A stretch of 64,000 bases of DNA, from NCBI GenBank assembly GCA_964016885.1, contig OZ024740.1:25048001-25112000 (forward strand). The letters run 5' to 3'. Under the pieces are notes generated by a model that worked only from the letters and a program-made list of their open reading frames with translations, had not been told where the DNA came from and did not search any database. Shown here one piece after another: positions 14,301-26,700 of the stretch. The stretch's first letter is position 1; every line of letters begins with the position of its first letter. Made by a program: the position numbers and the translations under genes. The DNA is from Eledone cirrhosa (Eukaryota).

Positions 14301-17300
14301 TGTTGTGTGTGTGTAGGGTGCATGTTGTGTGTGTAGGGTGTATGTTGTGTGTGTGTAGGGTGTATGTTGTGTGAGTGTAGGGCGTATGTTGTGTGTGTGT
14401 AGGGTGTATGTTGTGTGTGTAGGGTGTATGTTGTGTGTGTGTAGGGTGTATGTTGTGTGTGTGTAGGGCGTATGTTGTGTGTGTAGGGCGTATGTTGTGT
14501 GTGTAGGGTGCATGTTGTGTGTGTAGGTGTATGTTGTGTGTGTAGGGTGTATGTTGTGTGTGTGTAGGGTGTATGTTGTGTGTGTAGGGTGTATGTCGTG
14601 TGTTTAGGGTGTATGTTGTGTGTGTATGGGCTATGTTGTGTGTGTAGGGTGTATGTCGTGTGTGTGTAGGGTGTATGTTGTGTGTGTAGGGTGTATGTTG
14701 TGTGTGTAGGGTTTATGTTGTGTGTGTAGGGTGTATGTTGTGTGTGTGTAGGGTGTATGTTGTGTGTGTAGGGTGTATGTTGTGTGTTTAGGGTGTATGT
14801 TGTGTGTGTATGGGCTATGTTGTGTGTGTAGGGTGTATGTTGTGTGTGTGTAGTGTGTATGTTGTGTGTGTAGGGTATATGTTGTGTGTGTGTAGGGTGT
14901 ATGTTGTTTGTGTAGGGTGTATGTTGTGTGTGTAGGGTGTATATTGTGTGTGTGTAGGGTGTATGCTGTGTTTGTGTAGGGTAAATGTTGTGTGTGTGTC
15001 GGGTGTATGTTGTGTGTGTGTACTGTGTATGTTGTGTGTGTGTAGAGGGTATGTCGTGTGTGTGTAGGGTGTATGTTGTATGTGTAGGGTGTATGTTGTG
15101 TGTGTGTAGGGTGTATGTTGTGTGTGTGTAGGGTGTATGATGTGTGTATGTAGGGTGTATGTCGTGTGTGTGTAGGGTGTATGTTGTGTGTGTGTAGGGT
15201 GTATGATGTGTGTATGTAGGGTGTATGTTGTGTGTGTGTAGGGTAAATGTTGTGTGTGTGTAGGGTGTATGTTGTTTGTGTGTAGGGTGTATGATGTGTT
15301 TGTGTAGGGTGTATGTTGCGCTTGTCGGGTGTATGTTGTGTGTCTGTACTGTGTATGTTGTGTGTGTAGGGTGTATGTCGTGTGTGTGTAGGTTGTATGT
15401 TGTATGTACGTAGGGTGTATGTTGTGTGTGTGTAGGGTGTATGTTGTGTGTATGTAGGCTGTATGTTGTGTGTGTAGGGTTTATGTTGTGTGTGTAGGGT
15501 GTATGTTGTGTGTGTGTAGGGTGTATGTGGTGTGTGTAGGGTGTATGTTGTGTGTGTAGGGTGTATGTTGTGTGTGTAGGGTGTATGTTGTGGGTGTGTA
15601 GGGTGCATGTTGTGTGTGTAGGGTGTATGTTGTGTGTGTGTAGGGTGTATGTTGTGTGAGTGTAGGGCGTATGTTGTGTGTGTGTAGGGTGTATGTTGTG
15701 TGTGTAGGGTGTATGTTGTGTGTGTGTAGGGTGTATGTTGTGTGTGTGTAGGGCGTATGTTGTGTGTGTAGGGCGTATGTTGTGTGTGTAGGGTGTATGT
15801 TGTGTGTGTAGGGTGTATGTTGTGTGTGTGTAGGGTGTATGTTGTGTGTGTAGGGTGTATGTTGTGTGTGTGTAGGCTGTATGTTGTGTGTGTGTAGGGC
15901 GTATGTTGTGTGTGTAGGGTTTATGTTGTGTGCGTGTAGGGTGTATGTTGTGTGTGTAGGGTGTATGTTGTGTGTGTGTAGGGTGTATGTTGTGAGTGTG
16001 TGTGTAGGGCGTATGTTTTGTGTGTAGGGCGTATGTTGTGTGTGTAGGGTGTATGTTGTGTGTGTGTAGGGTGTATGTGGTGTGTGTAGGGTGTATGTTG
16101 TGTGTGTAGGGTGTATGTTGTGTGTGTAGGGTGTATGTTGTGTGTGTGTAGGGTGCATGTTGTGTGTGTAGGGTGTATGTTGTGTGTGTGTAGGGTGTAT
16201 GTTGTGTGAGTGTAGGGCGTATGTTGTGTGTGTGTAGGGTGTATGTTGTGAGTGTAGGGTGTATGTTGTGTGTGTGTAGGGTGTATGTTGTGTGTGTGTA
16301 GGGCGTATGTTGTGTGTGTAGGGCGTATGTTGTGTGTGTAGGGTGTATGTTGTGTGTGTAGGGTGTATGTTGTGTGTGTGTAGGGTGTATGTTGTGTGTG
16401 TGTAGGGTGCATGTTGTGTGTGTAGGGTGTATGTTGTGTGTGTGTAGGGTGTATGTTGTGTGAGTGTAGGGCGTATGTTGTGTGTGTGTAGCGTGTATGT
16501 TGTGTGTGTAGGGTGTATGTTGTGTGTGTGTAGGGTGTATGTTGTGTGTGTGTAGGGCGTATGTTGTGTGTGTAGGGCGTATGTTGTGTGTGTAGGGTGT
16601 ATGTTGTGTGTGTAGGGTGTATGTTGTGTGTCTGTACTGTGTATGTTGTGTGTGTAGGGTGTATGTCGTGTGTGTGTAGGTTGTATGTTGTATGTACGTA
16701 GGGTGTATGTTGTGTGTGTGTAGGGTGTATGTTGTGTGTATGTAGGCTGTATGTTGTGTGTGTAGGGTTTATGTTGTGTGTGTAGGGTGTATGTTGTGTG
16801 TGTGTAGGGTGTATGTTGTGTGTGTAGGGTGTATGTTGTGTGTGTGTAGGGTGTATGTTGTGTGTGTGTAGGGCGTATGTTGTGTGTGTGTAGGGTGTAT
16901 GTTGTGTGTGTGTGTGTAGGGCGTATGTTTTGTGTGTAGGGCGTATGTTGTGTGTGTAGGGTGTATGTTGTGTGTGTGTAGGGTGTATGTGGTGTGTGTA
17001 GGGTGTATGTTGTGTGTGTAGGGTGTATGTTGTGTGTGTAGGGTGTATGTTGTGTGTGTGTAGGGTGCATGTTGTGTGTGTAGGGTGTATGTTGTGTGTG
17101 TGTAGGGTGTATGTTGTGTGAGTGTAGGGCGTATGTTGTGTGTGTGTAGGGTGTATGTTGTGTGTGTAGGGTGTATGTTGTGTGTGTGTAGGGTGTATGT
17201 TGTGTGTGTGTAGGGCGTATGTTGTGTGTGTAGGGCGTATGTTGTGTGTGTAGGGTGTATGTTGTGTGTGTAGGGTGTATGTTGTGTGTGTGTAGGGTGT

Positions 17301-20300
17301 ATGTTGTGTGTGTAGGGTGTATGTTGTGTGTGTGTAGGCTGTATGTTGTGTGTGTGTAGGGCGTATGTTGTGTGTGTAGGGTTTATGTTGTGTGCGTGTA
17401 GGGTGTATGTTGTTTGTGTAGGGTGTATGTTGTGTGTGTGTAGGGTGTATGTTGTGTGTGTGTGTGTAGGGCGTATGTTTTGTGTGTAGGGCGTATGTTG
17501 TGTGTGTAGCGTGTATGTTGTGTGTGTGTAGGGTGTATGTGGTGTGTGTAGGGTGTATGTTGTGTGTGTAGGGTGTATGTTGTGTGTGTAGGGTGTATGT
17601 TGTGTGTGTGTAGGGTGCATGTTGTGTGTGTAGGGTGTATGTTGTGTGTGTGTAGGGTGTATGTTGTGTGAGTGTAGGGCGTATGTTGTGTGTGTGTAGG
17701 GTGTATGTTGTGTGTGTAGGGTGTATGTTGTGTGTGTGTAGGCTGTATGTTGTGTGTGTGTAGGGCGTATGTTGTGTGTGTAGGGCGTATGTTGTGTGTG
17801 TAGGGTGTATGTTGTGTGTGTAGGGTGTATGTTGTGTGTGTGTAGGGTGTATGTTGTGTGTGTGTAGGGTGCATGTTGTGTGTGTAGGGTGTATGTTGTG
17901 TGTGTGTAGGGTGTATGTTGTGTGAGTGTAGGGCGTATGTTGTGTGTGTGTAGCGTGTATGTTGTGTGTGTAGGGTGTATGTTGTGTGTGTGTAGGGTGT
18001 ATGTTGTGTGTGTGTAGGGCGTATGTTGTGTGTGTAGGGCGTATGTTGTGTGTGTAGGGTGTATGTTGTGTGTGTAGGGTGTATGTTGTGTGTGTGTAGG
18101 GTGTATGTTGTGTGTGTAGGGTGTATGTTGTGTGTGTGTAGGGTGTATGTTGTGTGTGTGTAGGGCGTATGTTGTGTGTGTGTAGGGTGTATGTTGTGTG
18201 TGTGTGTGTAGGGCGTATGTTTTGTGTGTAGGGCGTATGTTGTGTGTGTAGGGTGTATGTTGTGTGTGTGTAGGGTGTATGTGGTGTGTGTAGGGTGTAT
18301 GTTGTGTGTGTAGGGTGTATGTTGTGTGTGTAGGGTGTATGTTGTGTGTGTGTAGGGTGCATGTTGTGTGTGTAGGGTGTATGTTGTGTGTGTGTAGGGT
18401 GTATGTTGTGTGAGTGTAGGGCGTATGTTGTGTGTGTGTAGGGTGTATGTTGTGTGTGTAGGGTGTATGTTGTGTGTGTGTAGGGTGTATGTTGTGTGTG
18501 TGTAGGGCGTATGTTGTGTGTGTAGGGCGTATGTTGTGTGTGTAGGGTGTATGTTGTGTGTGTAGGGTGTATGTTGTGTGTGTGTAGGGTGTATGTTGTG
18601 TGTGTAGGGTGTATGTTGTGTGTGTGTAGGCTGTATGTTGTGTGTGTGTAGGGCGTATGTTGTGTGTGTAGGGTTTATGTTGTGTGTGTGTAGGTTGTAT
18701 GTTGTATGTATGTAGGGTGTATGTTGTGTGTGTGTAGGGTGTATGTTGTGTGTATGTAGGCTGTATGTTGTGTGTGTAGGGTTTATGTTGTGTGTGTAGG
18801 GTGTATGTTGTGTGTGTGTAGGGTGTATGTGGTGTGTGTAGGGTGTATGTTGTGTGTGTAGGGTGTATGTTGTGTGTGTAGGGTGTATGTTGTGTGTGTG
18901 TAGGGTGCATGTTGTGTGTGTAGGGTGTATGTTGTGTGTGTGTAGGGTGTATGTTGTGTGAGTGTAGGGCGTATGTTGTGTGTGTGTAGGGTGTATGTTG
19001 TGTGTGTAGGGTGTATGTTGTGTGTGTGTAGGGCGTATGTTGTGTGTGTGTAGGGCGTATGTTGTGTGTGTAGGGCGTATGTTGTGTGTGTAGGGCGTAT
19101 GTTGTGTGTGTAGGGCGTATGTTGTGTGTGTAGGGTGTATGTTGTGTGTGTAGGGTGTATGTTGTGTGTGTAGGGTGTATGTTGTGTGTGTGTAGGCTGT
19201 ATGTTGTGTGTGTGTAGGGCGTATGTTGTGTGTGTAGGGCGTATGTTGTGTGTGTAGGGTGTATGTTGTGTGTGTAGGGTGTATGTTGTGTGTGTGTAGG
19301 GTGTATGTTGTGTGTGTGTAGGGTGCATGTTGTGTGTGTAGGGTGTATGTTGTGTGTGTGTAGGGTGTATGTTGTGTGAGTGTAGGGCGTATGTTGTGTG
19401 TGTGTAGCGTGTATGTTGTGTGTGTAGGGTGTATGTTGTGTGTGTGTAGGGTGTATGTTGTGTGTGTGTAGGGCGTATGTTGTGTGTGTAGGGCGTATGT
19501 TGTGTGTGTAGGGTGTATGTTGTGTGTGTAGGGTGTATATTGTGTGTGTGTAGGGTGTATGTTGTGTGTGTAGGGTGTATGTTGTGTGTGTGTAGGGTGT
19601 ATGTTGTGTGTGTGTAGGGCGTATGTTGTGTGTGTGTAGGGTGTATGTTGTGTGTGTGTGTGTAGGGCGTATGTTTTGTGTGTAGGGCGTATGTTGTGTG
19701 TGTAGGGTGTATGTTGTGTGTGTGTAGGGTGTATGTGGTGTGTGTAGGGTGTATGTTGTGTGTGTAGGGTGTATGTTGTGTGTGTAGGGTGTATGTTGTG
19801 TGTGTGTAGGGTGCATGTTGTGTGTGTAGGGTGTATGTTGTGTGTGTGTAGGGTGTATGTTGTGTGAGTGTAGGGCGTATGTTGTGTGTGTGTAGGGTGT
19901 ATGTTGTGTGTGTAGGGTGTATGTTGTGTGTGTGTAGGGTGTATGTTGTGTGTGTGTAGGGCGTATGTTGTGTGTGTAGGGCGTATGTTGTGTGTGTAGG
20001 GTGTATGTTGTGTGTGTAGGGTGTATGTTGTGTGTGTGTAGGGTGTATGTTGTGTGTGTAGGGTGTATGTTGTGTGTGTGTAGGCTGTATGTTGTGTGTG
20101 TGTAGGGCGTATGTTGTGTGTGTAGGGTTTATGTTGTGTGCGTGTAGGGTGTATGTTGTGTGTGTAGGGTGTATGTTGTGTGTGTGTAGGGTGTATGTTG
20201 TGTGTGTGTGTGTAGGGCGTATGTTTTGTGTGTAGGGCGTATGTTGTGTGTTTAGGGTGTATGTTGTGTGTGTGTAGGGTGTATGTGGTGTGTGTAGGGT

Positions 20301-20700
20301 GTATGTTGTGTGTGTAGGGTGTATGTTGTGTGTGTAGGGTGTATGTTGTGTGTGTGTAGGGTGCATGTTGTGTGTGTAGGGTGTATGTTGTGTGTGTGTA
20401 GGGTGTATGTTGTGTGAGTGTAGGGCGTATGTTGTGTGTGTGTAGGGTGTATGTTGTGTGTGTAGGGTGTATGTTGTGTGTGTGTAGGGTGTATGTTGTG
20501 TGTGTGTAGGGCGTATGTTGTGTGTGTAGGGCGTATGTTGTGTGTGTAGGGTGTATGTTGTGTGTGTAGGGTGTATGTTGTGTGTGTGTAGGGTGTATGT
20601 TGTGTGTGTGTAGGGTGCATGTTGTGTGTGTAGGGTGTATGTTGTGTTTGTGTAGGGTGTATGTTGTGTGAGTGTAGGGCGTATGTTGTGTGTGTGTAGG
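8300..20700 (+). repeat. Homogeneous HOR domain I (550/254/488-bp modules, AGGGCG-rich), interrupted by variant-rich inserts at ~10370-11320, ~14520-15480 and ~16620-16770
   Basis: GGGTGCATG markers end at 11703, 12231, 12485, 12973, 13523, 13777 and 14323 (spacings 528, 254, 488, 550, 254, 546). A small recurring variant set is used: gtgagtgt, gggcg, gggtttatgttgtgtgcg, gggcgtatgtttt, tatgtgg. Confidence 0.85.
12965..13514 (+). repeat. Representative 550-bp, 26-monomer HOR unit
   Basis: Monomer lengths counted from AGGGTGCATG: 20,22,22,22,20,22,22,20,20,20,22,20,22,22,20,22,20,22,26,20,20,22,20,20,20,22, which sum to 550. Confidence 0.85.
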
Positions 20701-23700
20701 GTGTATGTTGTGTGTGTAGGGTGTATGTTGTGTGTTTAGGGTGTATGTTGTGTGTGTATGGGCTATGTTGTGTGTGTAGGGTGTATGTTGTGTGTGTGTA
20801 GTGTGTATGTTGTGTGTGTAGGGTATATGTTGTGTGTGTGTAGGGTGTATGTTGTTTGTGTAGGGTGTATGTTGTGTGTGTAGGGTGTATATTGTGTGTG
20901 TGTAGGGTGTATGCTGTGTTTGTGTAGGGTAAATGTTGTGTGTGTGTCGGGTGTATGTTGTGTGTGTGTACTGTGTATGTTGTGTGTGTGTAGAGGGTAT
21001 GTCGTGTGTGTGTAGGGTGTATGTTGTATGTGTAGGGTGTATGTTGTGTGTGTGTAGGGTGTATGTTGTGTGTGTGTAGGGTGTATGATGTGTGTATGTA
21101 GGGTGTATGTCGTGTGTGTGTAGGGTGTATGTTGTGTGTGTGTAGGGTGTATGATGTGTGTATGTAGGGTGTATGTTGTGTGTGTGTAGGGTAAATGTTG
21201 TGTGTGTGTAGGGTGTATGTTGTTTGTGTGTAGGGTGTATGATGTGTTTGTGTAGGGTGTATGTTGCGCTTGTCGGGTGTATGTTGTGTGTCTGTACTGT
21301 GTATGTTGTGTGTGTAGGGTGTATGTCGTGTGTGTGTAGGGTGTCTGTTGTGTGTATGTAGGTTGTATGTTGTATGTATGTAGGGTGTATGTTGTGTGTG
21401 TGTAGGGTGTATGTTGTGTGTATGTAGGCTGTATGTTGTGTGTGTAGGGTTTATGTTGTGTGTGTAGGGTGTATGTTGTGTGTGTAGGATATATGTTGTG
21501 TGTGGTGGGTGTATGTTGTGTGTGTGTAGGGTGTATGTTGTGTGTGTAGGGTGTATGTTGTGTGTGTAGGGTGTATGTTGTGTTTGTGTAGGGTGTATGT
21601 TGTGTGTGTGTAGGGTGTATGTTGTGTGTGTGTAGGGTATATGTTGTGTGTGTGTAGGGTGTATGTTGTGTTTGTGTAGGGTGTATGTTGTGTTTGTGTA
21701 GGGTATATGTTGTGTGGTGTAGGGTGTATATTGTGTGTGTGTAGGGTGTATCTTGTGTGTGTAGGGTGTATGTTGTGTGTGTAGGGTGTATGTTGTGTGT
21801 GTGTAGGGTGTATGTTGTGTGTGTGTAGTGTGTATGTTGTGTTCGTGTAGGATATATGTTGTGTGTGTGTAGGGTGCATGTTGTGTGTGTGTGGGGTGTA
21901 TGTTGTGTGTGTAGGGTGTATATTGTGTGTGTAAGGTGTATGTTGTGTTTGTGTAGGGTGTATGTTCTGTGTGTGTGGGGTGCATGTTGTGTGTGTGGGG
22001 TTTATGTTGTGTGTGTGTAGTGTGTATGTTGTGTTTGCATGGTGTATGTTGTGTGTGTGTAGGGTGTATGTTGTGTGTGTGTAGGGTGTATGTTGTGTGT
22101 GTAGGGTATATGCTGTGTGTGTAGGGTGTATGTTGTGTGTGTGTAGGGTGTATGTTGTGTGTGTAGGGTGTATGTTGTGTGTGTAGGGTGCATGTTGTGT
22201 GTGTAGGGTGTGTTGTGTGTGTGTAGGCTGTATGTTGTGTGTGTAGGGTGTATGTTGTGTGTGTAGGGGATATGGTGTGTGTGTAGGGTGTAAGTTGTGC
22301 GTGTGTAGGGTGTTAGTTGTGTGTGTGTAGGGTGTATGTTGTGTGTGTGTAGGGTGTATGTTGTGTGTGTAGGGTGTATGTTGTGTGTGTGTTGGGTGTA
22401 TGTTGTGTGTGTGTAGGGTGTTTATTGTGTGTGTAGGGTGTATGATGTGTGTGTGTATGGTGTATGTTGTGTGTGTGTAGGGTGTATGTTGTGTGTGTAG
22501 GGTGTATGTTGTGTGTGTAGGGTGTATGTTGTGTGTGTAGGGTGTATGTTGTGTGTGTGTAGGGTGTATGTTGTGTGTGTAGGGTGTATGTTGAGTGTGT
22601 GTAGGGTGTATGTTGTGTGTGTAGGGTGTAAGTTGTGTGTGTAGGGTGTATGTTGTGTGTGTGTTGGGTGTATGTTGTGTATGTAGTGTGTATGTTATGT
22701 GTGTAGGGTGTATGTTGTGTGTGTAGGGTGTATGTTGAGTGTGTGTAGGGTGTATGTTGTGTGTGTAGGGTGTATGTTGTGTGTGTGTTGGGTGTATGTT
22801 GTGTATGTAGAGTATATGTTGTGTGTGTAGGGTGTATGTTGTGTGTGTGTAGGGTGTATGTTGTGTGTGTGTAGGCTGTATGTTGTGTGTGTAGGGTATA
22901 TGTTGTGTGTGTGTAGGTTGTATGTTGTGTGTTTAGGGTGTATGTTGTGTGTGTGTAGGGTGTATGTTGTGTGTGTAGGGTGTATGTTGTGTGTGTGTAG
23001 GGTGCATGTTGTGTGTGTGTAGGCTGTATGTTGTGAGTGTAGGGTATATGTTGTGTGTGTGTAGGTTGTATGTTGTGTGTGTGGGGTGTATGTTGTGTGT
23101 GTAGGGTGTATTTTGTGTGTGTTTACAGTGTATGTTGTGTGTGTGTAGGGTATATGTTGTGTGTGTGTAGGGCGTATGTTGTGTGTGTAGGGTATATGTT
23201 GTGTGTAGGGTGTATGTTGTGTGTGTGTAGGGTGTATGTTGTGTGTGTAGGATGTATGTTGTGTGTGTGTAGGGTGTATGTTGTGTCCGTAGCGTGTATG
23301 TTGTGTGTGTGTAGGGTGTATGTTGTGTGTGTGTAGGGCGTATGTTGTGTGTGAGGGTGTATGTTGTGTGTGTGTAGGGTGTATGTTGTGTGTGTAGGGG
23401 GTATGTTGTGTGTGTGTAGGGCGTATGTTGTGTGTGAGGGTGTATGTTGTGTGTGTGTAGGGTGTATGTTGTGTGTGTAGGGTGTATATTACGTGTGTGT
23501 AGGGCGTATGTTTTGTGTGTAGGGCGTATGTTGTGTGTGTAGGGTGTATGTTGTGTGTGTGTAGGGTGTGTGTTGTGTGTGTAGGGTGTATGTTGTGTGT
23601 GTGTAGGGTGTATGTTGTGTGTGTAGGGTGTATGTTGTGTGTGTGTAGGGTGCATGTTGTGTGTGTAGGGTGTATGTTGCGTGTGTGTAGGGTGTATGTT

Positions 23701-26700
23701 GTGTGTGTGTAGGGCGTATGTTGTGTGTGTAGGGCGTATGTTGTGTGTGTAGGGTGTATGTTGTGTGTGTGTAGGGTGTATGTTGTGTGTGTAGGGTGTA
23801 TGTTGTGTGTGTGTAGGGTGTATGATGTGTGTATGTAGGGTGTATGTTGTGTGTGTGTAGGGTAAATGTTGTGTGTGTGTAGGGTGTATGTTGTGTGTGT
23901 GTAGGGTGTATGTTGTGTTTGTGTAGGGTATATGTTGTGTGGTGTAGGGTGTATATAGTGTGTGTGTAGGGTGTATGTTGTGTGTGTGTAGGGTGTATGT
24001 TGTGTGTGTAGGGTTATGTTGTGTGTGTGTAGGGTGTATGTTGTGTGTGTGTAGTGTGTATGTTGTGTTCGTGTAGGATATATGTTGTGTGTGTGTAGGG
24101 TGCATGTTGTGTGCTTGTGGGGTGTATGTTGTGAGTGTAGGGTGTATATTGTGTGTGTAAGGTGTATGTTGTGTTTGTGTAGGGTGTATGTTGTGTGTGT
24201 GTGGGGTGCATGTTGTGTGTGTAGGGCTTATGTTGTGTGTGTGTAGTGTGTATGTTGTGTTTGCATGGTGTATGTTGTGTGTGTGTAGGGTGTATGTTGT
24301 GTGTGTGTAGGGTGTATGTTGTGTGTGTAGGGTATATGCTGTGTGTGTAGGGTGTATGTTGTGTGTGTGTAGGGTGTATGTTGTGTGTGTAGGGTGTATG
24401 TTGTGTGTGTAGGGTGCATGTTGTGTGTGTAGGGTGTTTTGTGTGTGTGTAGGCTGTATGTTGTGTGTGTAGGGTGTATGTTGTGTGTGTAGGGGATATG
24501 GTGTGTGTGTAGGGTGTAAGTTGTGCGTGTGTAGGGTGTTAGTTGTGTGTGTGTAGGGTGTATGTTGTGTGTGTGTAGGGTGTATGTTGTGTGTGTAGGG
24601 TGTATGTTGTGTGTGTGTTGGGTGTATGTTGTGTGTGTGTAGGGTGTTTATTGTGTGTGTAGGGTGTATGATGTGTGTGTGTATGGTGTATGTTGTGTGT
24701 GTGTAGGGTGTATGTTGTGTGTGTAGGGTGTATGTTGTGTGTGTAGGGTGTATGTTGTGTGTGTAGGGTGTATGTTGTGTGTGTGTAGGGTGTATGTTGT
24801 GTGTGTAGGGTGTATGTTGAGTGTGTGTAAGGTCTATGTTGTGTGTGTAGGGTGTAAGTTGTGTGTGTAGGGTGTATGTTGTGTGTGTGTTGGGTGTATG
24901 TTGTGTGTGTAGTGTGTATGTTATGTGTGTAGGGTGTATGTTGTGTGTGTAGGGTGTATGTTGAGTGTATGTAGGGTGTATGTTGTGTGTGTAGGGTGTA
25001 TGTTGTGTGTGTGTTGGGTATATGTTGTGTATGTAGAGTATATGTTGTGTGTGTAGGGTGTATGTTGTGTGTGTGTAGGGTGTATGTTGTGTGTGTGTAG
25101 GCTGTATGTTGTGTGTGTAGGGTATATGTTGTGTGTGTGTAGGTTGTATGTTGTGTGTTTAGGGTGTATGTTGTGTGTGTGTAGGGTGTATGTTGTGTGT
25201 GTAGGGTGTATGTTGTGTGTGTGTAGGGTGCATGTTGTGTGTGTGTAGGCTGTATGTTGTGAATGTAGGGTATATGTTGTGTGTGTGTAGGTTGTATGTT
25301 GTGTGTGTAGGGTGTATGTTGTGTGTGTAGGGTGTATTTTGTGTGTGTTTACAGTGTATGTTGTGTGTGTGTAGGGTATATGTTGTGTGTGTGTAGGGCG
25401 TATGTTGTGTGTGTAGGGCGTATGTTGTGTGTGTAGGGTGTATGTTGTGTGTGTAGGGTGTATGTTGTGTGTGTAGGGTGTATGTTGTGTGTGTAGGGTG
25501 CATGTTGTGTGTGTAGGGTGTGTTGTGTGTGTGTAGGCTGTATGTTGTGTGTGTAGGGTGTATGTTGTGTGTGTAGGGGATATGGTGTGTGTGTAGGGTG
25601 TAAGTTGTGCGTGTGTAGGGTGTTAGTTGTGTGTGTGTAGGGTGTATGTTGTGTGTGTGTAGGGTGTATGTTGTGTGTGTAGGGTGTATGTTGTGTGTGT
25701 GTTGGGTGTATGTTGTGTGTGTGTAGGGTGTTTATTGTGTGTGTAGGGTGTATGATGTGTGTGTGTATGGTGTATGTTGTGTGTGTGTAGGGTGTATGTT
25801 GTGTGTGTAGGGTGTATGTTGTGTGTGTAGGGTGTATGTTGTGTGTGTAGGGTGTATGTTGTGTGTGTGTAGGGTGTATGTTGTGTGTGTAGGGTGTATG
25901 TTGAGTGTGTGTAGGGTGTATGTTGTGTGTGTAGGGTGTAAGTTGTGTGTGTAGGGTGTATGTTGTGTGTGTGTTGGGTGTATGTTGTGTATGTAGTGTG
26001 TATGTTATGTGTGTAGGGTGTATGTTGTGTGTGTAGGGTGTATGTTGAGTGTGTGTAGGGTGTATGTTGTGTGTGTAGGGTGTATGTTGTGTGTGTGTTG
26101 GGTGTATGTTGTGTATGTAGAGTATATGTTGTGTGTGTAGGGTGTATGTTGTGTGTGTGTAGGGTGTATGTTGTGTGTGTGTAGGCTGTATGTTGTGTGT
26201 GTAGGGTATATGTTGTGTGTGTGTAGGTTGTATGTTGTGTGTTTAGGGTGCATGTTGTGTGTGTGTAGGGTGTATGTTGTGTGTGTAGGGTGTATGTTGT
26301 GTGTGTGTAGGGTGCATGTTGTGTGTGTGTAGGCTGTATGTTGTGAGTGTAGGGTATATGTTGTGTGTGTGTAGGTTGTATGTTGTGTGTGTGGGGTGTA
26401 TGTTGTGTGTGTAGGGTGTATTTTGTGTGTGTTTACAGTGTATGTTGTGTGTGTGTAGGGTATATGTTGTGTGTGTGTAGGGCGTATGTTGTGTGTGTAG
26501 GGTATATGTTGTGTGTAGGGTGTATGTTGTGTGTGTGTAGGGTGTATGTTGTGTGTGTAGGATGTATGTTGTGTGTGTGTAGGGTGTATGTTGTGTCCGT
26601 AGCGTGTATGTTGTGTGTGTGTAGGGTGTATGTTGTGTGTGTGTAGGGCGTATGTTGTGTGTGAGGGTGTATGTTGTGTGTGTGTAGGGTGTATGTTGTG

